A program made the position numbers and the translations under genes. Below, piece after piece: positions 13,581-24,199 of a DNA stretch of 64,000 nt. Origin of the DNA: Selaginella moellendorffii (taxonomy: Eukaryota; Plantae; Lycopodiophyta); contig NW_003314269.1 of the NCBI RefSeq assembly GCF_000143415.4, forward strand, positions 86,401 through 150,400, given 5' to 3'. A model generated the notes under the pieces. That model was not told where the DNA came from. It saw nothing but the letters and a program-made list of their open reading frames with translations, and ran no database searches. Every line of letters begins with the position of its first letter. The first letter of the stretch is position 1.

Positions 13581-16500
13581 TTATTTACCTGATGGTTTGT
13601 CTTGTATGACCTTCCTCTGCTGCTCTTTGGCCACCTCAGGCTGGCCATCGTCGTCGTCGTTATTGTGATCGTCACCATTGTGAGGACCATCCAAGTCCTC
13701 TTCGTCCTCCTCTTCTTCGTCCTCCTCTTCTTTGTCCTCCTCTTCGTCCTTCTGTTCTTCCTGCTCATCTTTCTTTGGCTCCTCATCCCCCTCCTGCATT
13801 TCTTCCATAGGCTGCTCAGGCTGGATGGCTTGTTCTTCTGGGAAAATCATTTGGCCGAGTCTCCATCTCAAAATACAAGACATCCATAGCCTGTTTTAGT
13901 GCGTGACCTAGGACTGTATCCTCACCCGACTGTCTTAACATGGTTTCTGCACGTTCTTGCACCCTTCAAAGACGATGAGATGAGAAAAACGTGGCCCTGA
14001 CTTGAAAAGCATCCCTCATCCATTGTACCTCTCCATTGAGATTAGGGAAGGGGAGTCCGCCATAGGAATCTGAGTCAGGAGGTGGTGACTGGTTGCTTTC
14101 ACTCAGCCCTTGATGTGCAATGAATGGCATGAGCACACACGCCATAACCGCGAGGCATTACCTATCATATTTTTGTTGCCCTTCTTCCTTTTCGAATCAA
14201 ACGCCTCTGATCCCGACGACTGTCCAACGTGCTTTTGCTTTTTATGACCACTCTCAGTTTGAGCTTGATCTGCAAGAAATGGCATGAGGACCCACGCAAT
14301 AACCATGACGCTTTACTTCCCATCCTTGGAGGCTCTGTCATGCCTTCCGCATCCTCAGGTGCCTGCTCCTCAATTCCCTTTCGCTTTCATTTCTTATGCG
14401 CCCGTTCTACAGAAATAGCATGAGGACATATGCGATAAGCACACAAATGCTTTTACCCTTCCTCCTCTGCCCTGGTCGGTTGTCCATCTCTTTGTCTACA
14501 GCGTCTGAAAGCTGTTTTGCAGGTAGCCTAATTCGAGGTTCACGACGTCTCCTTGGCACTTGAATTGTATATTATTGCATCAACACATGCAACATCCCAT
14601 AATATTTTTAAGTTACCTTTCATAAAGTTTTCCATTGGTTCAACTCGTTCCCCTGAAATACAAACTTAGATAAGTGCATGGGGCCATATGTCATGATCGT
14701 ACCTATTTCGGAACTCTCCTTATCACTCTCCGAGGCCTCCCCCTCCTCCACTGGAGGCACGTTGTTCCGTTCGATTTCCTCGACGCGATCTACAAGAACA
14801 TTAGTTAATTGCATGGGGCCACACGCCATCAAACCTTCAGGTTCTTGTCATGAGGTTTGCGCTGCTTGCCCTAGTCTCTTTGGAATTTGAGCTGCAAGAA
14901 GCAATGGCATAAGAATTCACGTATAACAAAAATGATTGGTACCTCTCGTCTGTTGTACTTGGCTGGTGCTTGCCTGTTTTGCCTTTGAAGAAGTGTCTCC
15001 TGCAAGGAATGGCATGAGACCACACACCATTGCAAATATAATTTGTACCTCCTTTTTTCCTATTGCTTGTCTGTTTGTCCTTCTTCGACGTGCCACCAGT
15101 GCGCTTTTCAGTCCTCGTGTCTGAATATTCACAACGATCTATAATCAAAATGGCGTGAGGCCTCACGTGACCTTACCTTGTGCAGGTTGTGAGCTCGGCC
15201 CAACATGGGTATCTTCAACAGTAGCTGTTAACGCCGTTTCAGCATCTGGGGGTGGCCACGCTCCTGCATACAGAGCTTGTGAGATAACATTTAAACTTAA
15301 AGTGCGTACTCACCAGGTTCGCAGAGAAGATACTGTTTTTCTTTGGCAACTGTAATTATATGCTCCATTGAAGTCACCTCTTCAATGGAGTTTGTCACCG
15401 CAACACACGGGACACCCTTGAGTAGTGCGGCTCGAAAGAATAGTCCGCCGCAGTTGTACTCGACAACGCATTTGCCCTTGGAGTCGGAAGCAGGTGACCC
15501 ACCTGCTATTGCGTTGAAGACCCAGCTGAGCATTTCCCATGCTGCACCTGGAGCTTTCTCTGGATTCGAAAGCTCCATAGCCGTCTTCAGTTCCTCAGGC
15601 ACAGGTAAATTGACCTCCCTCAGATCAATTCGATCGGCCTTGTCGAACGAAGCTGGGAAGTCACTCCAGTCCCACTCTGCTGCAAGACCAATAACAAGGG
15701 CGAGTGTGAAGATGCGGACATTCGTCGGTATCTTCTTTTTAGCCATTATCCCATGGATCTCCCGCATCTCCTTGCCTTTCAACCGAGCCTTCACCTCGTT
15801 CAAGGCCTTCCAGAAGTTGTGATAGGATTCGGAGTCGTAGATCATATAGTGGACTGAAGATTCCACCTCCGCAAGTCCCACCATTAAGTCAATGATGGAG
15901 CTGACTTCGTCTGCATGAGTGATCTCCTCGTTTGTGAAGTCCATCACACAAAAGATGTTCTTAACCTGCTCATCTCTGGGGGAAACGATGCTCCTCCACC
16001 TTTGATCCTCATCCGAATTCACGTATACCCGGTAAGGTTCTTGATAGGCCTCTGCTGCGGGGTCGAGCTATTTCTGAAGCCGGCGGTCGACATCCCTCTT
16101 AATGAAATTTGGATACTGATCCAACTTCTTAGCTTTACTTTTCGTGGCATCCCGCAGCAGATCGATGAACTTGGGGGCCCCCTTCACGTACTCGTCGATG
16201 TCTTCATTTGACAACTCCAACTCTTCCATCATCTCTTGCATGGTGTCGATGCTCACCCTCTCCACGGCCACTTGCTCGAAGATTCAATCCTTCAATAGCG
16301 CACGAGCTCTCAGAGTCGTGCACAAGTCCTCGTATGTCACAATATGGCCGGGAGTCATTTTGGTCTTGTTGAAGACTACCTCACCACGTAGAAGAGCATT
16401 AGCCACTGTCAGAAGGTCGTCGTCGTCTAGAGACCGCGAGAAACGCAAGGCGTTGAGCTTCAAATCATTGGGCTTCCGGCCGTCCTCCACACCCATTGAG

Positions 16501-17891
16501 TTTAGCAACTCCCCGTCATGGTACCTCCTCAACACATCTACCCATTTGTCAAAAACAACTTTTGTCGCGAGTAGAATGTTATGGATGTTGAGTGTGTCAT
16601 TGACCCCTAGTGTTTTCGAGAGAAGACTCAAGAATTCCTGCAATGGAAATGGCGTGAGGCCACATGCTATGCCACATGCAACGAGGCTTACCTGCCAAGC
16701 GCTAGTTGCTAGTGCACGTCCTTGTCCTGGTTTTTGTGGCTTCTTCAGTTGAACCCAGAGCTTCCATGTTCGTGCCAATGTCTCGTGCAGACCCGATTTG
16801 TAGCACGTTTCTTGCATGACATTCTGCGCGTGGGAGATGTATATGATAGATTGGAGGGGCGAGTTGCCTTTTATCAGGCGGACAACTCTTGTCTTGAAGA
16901 CTTTCTTCACCTCCTCGCCCACCATAATATCCACAACTATCTCTTGTATCGCCAAGCTAGAATGCTGCCCGGAGATGGCATAGAACCGGATGTTCTGATC
17001 GTCCAACACCTTCCTATTGATCAAGTCTGGAAACCTCGTCTTGCCCTTCATTGTTCGGTAGTAGGGGATCACGTCTGCGATGTCGGGTGTTACTGGACTT
17101 GCCAGCATCTCCTGCTTTAGTTTCTCCACCCACTCATCAGATACTAGCCTGTGGTTGTATTTGCTTTGGATGTCGATGTGGCTCACGTCGATTGTATATA
17201 CTTTGTTGGAATAGTAACAAGTACTATTATCTGCGACGATTTTTGCTGCCTCTTCTTGCTCTTTTTGCTCTTTGCGGCTCTTCTTTTTGGTGGGTGTAGT
17301 GTTCGAACCCGAGGCAATGGCATCACCGAGTAGCTTCTTTTTTGGAGCAGGAGAGTCGGACGTCGGCTTGAGCTTGACCACCCTTTTCTGCTTCGGGGTA
17401 GTTTCCAGATCGACCCCCTTCCCCTTCGCTTCGCGAACTGGAGTCACTCTCAACGGCTCAATGTTGGAATATAGTTTTTGAACATCGCCGTAGGTGAGGT
17501 CCGTGGATTCCATGTGATCTTCATAGACCCGCAGTGTCTTTGAAATTGTGGGCCTCCTAGACAACCTCTCCCTAGCTCCCTCTAGGAATTCCTCATAGCC
17601 GCTGCCCCCCTCCGGGAAGCCGCTAGGATGTGCAAGGTGGATCTTGAAGGCGGATGCTGTCTCTACCACAAGTGCCAGTCCATATTCTTGCATGGAACTG
17701 CATGGAGTGTCTGTCACTTGGATGAGGATCCCCATGCATTCTTTTCTCCCACCATCTGTGTTGTACAGCCTTAGATCCTCGCCTTCCATCCCAAAAGTCC
17801 AACTGGTGAACTCCTCCCCCTTCTCTGCATCCACATTGACAGTGGCTGGAAGAAGAACGCAATTCCTCGCCTGTTCAGAAATGCACAACAA
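13581..17891 (-). pseudogene. Transposon cargo gene (~1,300 aa reconstructed): ParB/Srx-like domain, degenerate N6/N4 DNA-methyltransferase-like domain, K/R-rich micro-exons, acidic tail
   Basis: ORFs 16284-17891, 16068-16271 and 15297-16022 are one frame broken by single stops. Downstream GT-AG introns of 45-58 bp delimit exons of 87, 72, 57, 57, 87, 36, 102, 90 and 108 bp (all 3n, phase 1). Premature stops at 16284, 16068, 14848, 14387, 13966 and a probable frameshift near 13850. True start probably upstream of 17891. Confidence 0.75.
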
Positions 17892-20174
17892 TTAGAGCTG
17901 ACAGATGAAAAACTAGCAGCTGGAAATAACGTGAGGCCACACGCCATTCACCACTGCATCAGATGTCTTGAGGCTGCATCCTAAGATGGCGTGAGGCTAC
18001 ACGCCATCTGTAACCGGACTGCACTCGAGAGCCCAATCGGTGCATGCCAATATTGCTACTGAATGGCATGTGGCCTCATGCCATTTTCTACTTGGCCTAA
18101 AAGACTTACCATTTGAAGCCGAATGGAGGCGTGACAATCGAGGCCGGACTCGCTGGCGAATGTGCACTGTGTGTGCAGCAGATCGTAGCAGCAAGGCTAC
18201 TCTGCCACTTACAGTTGGAGAGTGGCGCTGAAATCTCCCGGGACGCCAAGTGGGCTGCGTGTGGGTGGCGGAGTGGGCGGCGGAGTTGGTGGCGAAGTTA
18301 CAAACTGGGTGTGTCTTGAAGTGGACGCCGATGCACACGAGCGCGATGCGAGCGCGAGTGTGATGCAAGCACGAGTGGACGCCGATGCACACGAGAAACC
18401 TGTAGAGAAGGTAGATGAGCGCGAATGTGAGCGTGATCGCGAGTGGGAGCGCGATGCGAACGCGAGTACGAAGCAAAATGCAAAACCTAACCTCACACGC
18501 GCGAAATGTCACGACAGTTGGTAATCCCGCAACGTCATCATTCCTCGGACTTGGGCGCCACCATTAATTTCTGGATCGCCGCGCGCATGCATGCACGTGA
18601 AATCCAAAAGAAATCCGCAACGTCATCATTCCTCGGACTGCATGCACGCGAAATCCAAAAGAAAGATCATGATTGGGATATCATTTAATACCCTCGCTAT
18701 ATTTATACCATGCATGATTGGATATTCCAAAGCATCTTGTATTTCCAAAAATGCCAGATGTTCAACTAAATAAAGAATGGTATACAATGTCCTTCTTGAT
18801 GACCCTGCAAAGAAGCATCTCGATCGGACACCACATGAGACCACACGAGCCTTACAATGTTTCAGGGGCATTTGCCATAGATCCGACCGTTATTTTGCTC
18901 CAAGATTTTACAGTTTGGTGTGCATTGACCTTTCCATCGACACTGCAAAGGGACATCACAATTAGATGCGGGATCACAAGAAACCAACTTCACTAACTCT
19001 AGTTTCACCAAGATCTACGTAAGGAGTTATGAAATGAAAGGACCCTCTCTATTAAAATGTGTTTATGGTCCTAGGGGCATTGTGACATATCAAAGGATTT
19101 TGCATCAAGTTCTGTATTTGCATGTTTATCAAGCTACTGAATTGCTAAACCCTAAACCCTAAACATGTGGCAAATGCTGCGTGAAGAAAGATGCCCTTTC
19201 TGGGCAAATGCTGTAAGAGGCAGATGCCAAGCAGATGTATCTCAAGCTAGCGAAGGGGACAAACGAAAGCTAGCTATAAACATGACGGGATGCAAATAGA
19301 TTACTAGGCTGGTCCTGCGAAAATCAAAAACCATAATTGAAAACATTGAAAATGCAGAAAGAAAGGTTTATAATATTTTTGAATTTTAAACAACCAAAGG
19401 AATGTAAGTAGGGCATGTGTTTGTAAGTTTAAAAATGCCTCAACCACTTAAATTCCCAAGTAAATAAAGCTGTTTCTATTTTTGGTACAGGTAAACTTTA
19501 TAGCGTGTGGGCTCATGCAATTTTGAACCCAAAAATGCACCAAAAAATGCTCGACTAGCATTATTCTTTGAATGGCGTGTGGCCTTATATTGCCATAAAT
19601 GGACATACACACACAGCATAATTATTCCTTTACACGGCGAATAATCTTGGCGCGGATCGCTGACATGGCATGGCAAAGTTCGAATCACTGACATGGCACA
19701 GCTGGATCGAGGCAAGGACATGATGTGACAAAGTTCAACATCCGACAGCAAAGTCTAGAAGCTACTCAGTTTGAAATTTGTCAGAGGAATCATAAGATCT
19801 GGTTTGTCAGAGGATTTGATGTGACGTTCAAGCGTGTGTTATTTTTGAATTCTCGAACTCATTCCTAGGTCTATCATTTTTGTGCGCCGTGTTCTTGGTT
19901 CCGCTGAGCGCAGTGAGCGCTGCTTGTGTAAGTGGCGTTGTGAGCTGTGGTTTATGCGTCTACGAGCAGTTGCAGCATTGCGAGCGCCATTGCGAGCGGC
20001 AGTTTATGCGAGTGGCAGTTTGTGCGAGCGGCACTACGAGCAGTTGCGGTGGTGCGAGCGGCGCTACGGTACCACTAATGGTATGAGGGCTCATGCCATC
20101 TTGGGGCTTGCAAGTTCATCACTAGCATATTGCCAATAGTTTCTTTACCTGCCTGTAGCTGTGTGTTTATCAAG

Positions 20175-20365
20175 ATGGCATGAGGCCTCATGCTATCTTT
20201 GGCCCTGCTAGCCTATTGCCATATTCCTTTTGCCTTGCTGCAACTGTATATATTTTTGTGTGGGTGACTAGTCACACACACAAAAATATATACAGTTGCA
20301 GCAAGGTAAAAGGAATATAGCAACAGGCTAGCAGGGGCCAAAGATAGCGTGAGGCCTCATGCCAT
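20175..20365. repeat. ~190-bp near-perfect palindrome upstream of the transposase
   Basis: Arms mirror around CTAG at 20268-20271 (tgctgcaactgtatatatttttgtgtg / cacacaaaaatatatacagttgcagca); each end is a copy of the 22-bp palindrome. Confidence 0.9.
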
Positions 20366-20553
20366 TAGTGGTACCACTAATGGCATGAGGGTTCATGCCA
20401 ATTTTGTGAATGCGAAATTTCACGTGGGTGTCAATAGCATGTTTGAATAATGGCATGTGGCCTCATGCTATTGAGGTTGTTTGGTATGTTATGATTTAGG
20501 CCATTCTCCAATCATTTTTTGTATGGTCTTAACTTCTTTTCTGCACTTTCAGA

Positions 20554-21777
20554 ATGGCCTCCGCAAGTGCGACGCATGTTCCCTCCGTGGATCTTAAGAA
20601 CCGTGCTACATGGATTCAGGCAAAGGTGTTTCTAAACAACCCCAAGGGGGAGGTGGTAGCTGAGGGCTTAGCCACAGTTGTTGATCCAAGAGATGCGGTT
20701 GCTAATCAAGAATTGGGCTGGGATGATATTGGAGTTGCGATTTTAGAGGTTGTTGACACAGAAGAAAAAAGTCTGACTATTGGAAGCATTGTGCGGTGGA
20801 AATTGAGGCACTTAGTGTTTGAAAATGTGAAGGATTCACAATCAAACACCACTACAACTGATGACAGAACATCTCTTCATGGGAAAAGAAAGTACACCTT
20901 CCTAAAGCGCAGCCAAAGGGATTTGAGCAACAAACCGAAAAGGCAGAAAATGGCGATGGAGGTTCGAATGGTCTCGACAGTTGCTTGTTGCAAGAGGAGG
21001 TGCTGTCAACATGCTGATTGGGATGCTATTGAAGAGGAGAGAGCAAGATACAAGACATTGTCCTGGAAGGCAGCTCGCAATTTTGTGTATGAGGCATTAC
21101 GGTCATCTGTTGATGCTTCAGAACATCAGGTGGGGGGCATGGTCTTCCAGAGGGGTTTGGTCTGCATGAAGGCATGGAGAATCATTTATGGAGTCCCTCG
21201 AACCACATTCTACAGAATCAAAACTGAGTTCGAGGAACAAAGGGTTCAACAGGCAGTGCATGGGAACGACGGTACTCACAAAACCAGGGGTCATGTTGTA
21301 TATGGAGAGGCAATCTTCAAGAGGTTTGTCGAGACATGTAGCGAGCAGCAACCACATAAAACTCGCCTCTTGGAAGATGGAACTCGAGACACCCAACGAG
21401 TTCTCCCTTCCATGTATACCAAGGGGGCCATATTGGAAGATGTGAATCGGGAACTCCAGAGTAATGGCTACAGGAAGCTGAGCCAATCTAGATTTAGTAG
21501 ATTGTGGAGCAACAGGTTCAAGGATGTGAGTATAGGAAAGTACTCCAGCTTTTCAAAGTGTAACGAGTGCACTGCTATCAAAATGGCTTTGTCGAAGAAT
21601 TCTTGCATCGCTCAAGAGCAAGAGACGTTGGTTAGAAGGCGGCTCGACCACAACATCGAGCAGAGAAGCTGCAGGACTGCATATTATCATAACAAGATTC
21701 TCTCCATGGAGAGACTTGACTCTTACCTCTGCATCATCCACGACAAAATGGACCAGAAAAAGACGTGCATTGAATAA
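20554..21777 (+). pseudogene. 3'-truncated cysteine-rich DDE-type transposase (Sola/DUF7869-like N-terminal half) with N-terminal Tnp1/En-Spm-like beta domain
   Basis: 407-aa ORF with CCKRRCC, VCMKAWRIIYGVPRTTFYR, HGNDG, LPS, FSKCNEC, H..Q...R..Y and LCIIHDKMDQKK motifs; stops right after the presumed first catalytic Asp; N-terminal VVAEG...DP...V...LG...IGV motif; lies inside TIRs. Confidence 0.7.
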
Positions 21778-22093
21778 TATCTAAATGTTCTCACCATTAA
21801 GTTATATGTCTGGCTAATAGGAATGACGTTCATCTTGGAAAGCTCACCACACGCTCAATGAACAAACAAATAGTGTGTGCGCGCATGCCATCGCTCTTCT
21901 TTAGCTTCAGATTCGGCTTGTTCACCTTGACAATGAGATTTATTATACAACCAGATGGACTCAGTCTGGACACAAAGTCACCGCGCTAGTCACCATGCCC
22001 CAGATATGTCTAGCCCCTGGACAAAAAATATATAATTTCACGTCATTTTCAAATACTTGAAAATTTGTACCTAGTCCCATTTTACTGAATAAA

Positions 22094-22117
22094 TCCCACT
22101 TTAACGAAATAGAGCTT
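22094..22117 (-). repeat. Right terminal inverted repeat (24 bp)
   Basis: tcccactttaacgaaatagagctt = reverse complement of 13082-13105. Confidence 0.92.
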
Positions 22118-22339
22118 AATATGAAATAAGGCTAGATTATGGATTAGGATATAAGAACAGCATTATAGTGTTCATAACACCTTCATACATTTTGTGAATA
22201 TGCCTCATTAGTAGTTGGAAGCACTTTCCATAAATAAATAACAGGACCAAAATAGGACTAACACTTGGGGATGATAGCAAGCTCAGCAAGGCAGAACTCT
22301 ATGTACTTATGCTAAGTTCAATTAAAGTATTGATTTGTG

Positions 22340-24199
22340 AAGTTGAGCAATGGCATATGTTGGGACCCGAAGGCGCGCCGAAGGTAAGCTAATTAGCATG
22401 GGTTAGCTAGGTCGACCAGGCGTAGAGAACTACGCCCGACTCCCTACGGGGATGTCGAATCTATAAATGTATTCTACGGAGGTTGTGTTCGAGTCCCAAC
22501 CCCCTAGTAAAGCAAAGCTGGGTTTAAGTCCCAACCCCATACTAGGGCGTGGTGGGGTGAGGAGTATAGGGACACCTATATTCTGTTGTCATGGGCTCTT
22601 GGCCGGGGAGGCTAACTTAGGCACACCTCTAAGTGGGGGGATGCCCCCAGAGACATGGTCAACAAGTCGTAAGATTAAAAAGAGAGACGTTCGATGTGGG
22701 CATTGAACTTCTTCTATGGGTGGTGGAGTTGTAAGGAACCACTCCCCGAGGTGTCATAGGCTAAAGGATCCCCAAAAGCATGACCGAAATGACAAAAAGT
22801 TCATCGGATGGGACTGAGTCTGAGATCGACTCCAAGACCGACTCTGAGACCGAGTTCGAGATAGAGTCTGGGATCAAGTCTGAGGCCGACTCGAAGACCG
22901 AGTTTGAGGCTGAGTTCAAGATCGAGTTCAAGACAGAGTCCGAGACTGAGTCCGAGATCCAGTCCGAAGTCGAGTCTGAGATCGGGTCCGAGATCGAGTC
23001 CGAGATCGAATCCGAGACAAAGTCCAAAGTCGGGTCCGAGATTGAGTCCAAGATCGAGTCCGAGACCAAGTCCAAGTACTAATACAGGTCAAGGGGTGAA
23101 AGCCCAAAGCATGCATCTCCCAGGGGGGGCCTTGGGTGGGAGTGAGCATGGACTCGGGTGGTGCCGGAGGGGCCACCCAAGAAAGTGCTCAAGAGCAACT
23201 CCCACTCCCGAAAGGGAAACCAACTGTGGTGCTCCCGGCTCATGTGGAGTGGTGCCCCACTTAAGTACCTTGCGGCTCATTGGTCCTCGCCCTTCCTAGG
23301 GGCTTAAGCCTTTCTTTCGGGATGGAAGTGGGGGGGTAGAGGTACCCATACCGGGCCGTTAGGCCACAGTGTTTCGCCCCAGCATCCTGAAGCAAGTCTT
23401 GCACCCAAGACTTGGGATTTAGAGGGTCCCATGATTAAGTCTTGTGGTACCAAGGGATGTTAGGAACCTAGAGGCTTGGTGTGTTTGGCTGCTTGTGCCT
23501 GTGGGGAGTGTAGCCAAACCTTGAGTCCAGTCTAACCTGGGGAGGGGGATTGGGGGAGATTTGGGAATCCGTGGACAAATGGCTAATGCTCCGTTGCTCG
23601 TGCAGTGAGTAGCTGAAACCAAGTAGGACCAAGTAGGAGCTGGTACCATAGGCGGGGACCTTGGCGAGGGAACTTAGCTAAAGCCAAGGCAACGTTAGTT
23701 AGATAGACGAGGTAATCTGGCAAATTGGAAAGGAAAAATTTGTTGCTTGTCATATCACTAATATACTGTCAAATATATATGCTGTCAGATCACTAAAGGT
23801 ATGTCTTTTTGTCACTCTTCGCCGAGAATAAGCATAAAAATGTTGTCTTAGTTTTTTTAGTGAGTTGTCCTTTCGTGCACACCAGGTTCAAGCAAGAGTC
23901 TTTGGCCTTACATTGCCCTACCTTTAGATCCTAGGCCTCCACCCTAGATTGTTCTCCTTAAGTATTTGCTAGTACCACAAGGTTCCTACCTTGTCCATGC
24001 AAAGCTACCACAAATCAATTGTACCAATCCATCCGAAAGATCACATCAAATCCCACCATGTCCAACATGGTGAAATCCATGTCCACTTTCCATGTCCCTA
24101 CTTTGACTCTTGCTTGAAAGTTGGGTGAAAGCCCAAAGCGATCGTCCCCCGGGGGGGGGGGGGGGGCTCCCGGGGGTTCCAAAAATATAATAGGGAAAG
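22340..24199 (+). mobile_element. Non-coding LTR-retroelement fragments with hexamer array (22812-23075)
   Basis: Similarity to 28620-28990, 30095-30145 and inverted 32760-33080; GAGTCC/GAGATC array followed by GGGGTGAAAGCCCAAAGC; purine-rich PPT-like tract at ~24182-24199. Confidence 0.6.

Larger units (their letters stand above)
13478..20471. repeat. Dispersed 22-bp palindrome family, consensus ATGGCRTGAGGCCWCAYGCCAT (~20 copies)
   Basis: Copies starting near 13478, 14124, 14279, 14415, 14673, 14808, 14904, 15009, 15150, 16649, 17926, 17986, 18063, 19500, 19572, 20078, 20175, 20344, 20380, 20450; none noticed outside the TIR element. Confidence 0.9.
13082..22117. mobile_element. ~9-kb TIR DNA transposon (Sola/DUF7869-like transposase), non-autonomous copy with large cargo gene
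   Basis: Perfect 24-bp TIR AAGCTCTATTTCGTTAAAGTGGGA at 13082-13105 and its reverse complement at 22094-22117; AATA on both flanks (13078-13081, 22118-22121; an alternative reading is a 3-bp TAA duplication with ends 13083/22116); encloses a transposase-like ORF; interior is more GC-rich than the flanks. Confidence 0.85.

Noticed and set aside
14109-15176. Regularly spaced palindromic repeats resembling a CRISPR array
   Set aside because: Eukaryotic context, repeats degenerate, spacing irregular (~95-260 bp), 'spacers' read as in-frame exons between GT-AG sites, and no cas-like ORF.
15343-17895. Plus-strand ORFs of 159, 202 and 132 aa opposite the cargo gene
   Set aside because: Antisense shadows of the GC-rich minus-strand coding sequence; no motifs.
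13083-22116. PIF/Harbinger classification from a possible 3-bp TAA TSD and two genes
   Set aside because: The transposase lacks Harbinger-type motifs and no Myb/SANT protein is visible; the 4-bp AATA reading uses the full TIR. Weak extra similarity just outside the TIRs (cttatt, ttcttatat) means the exact ends need empty-site confirmation.
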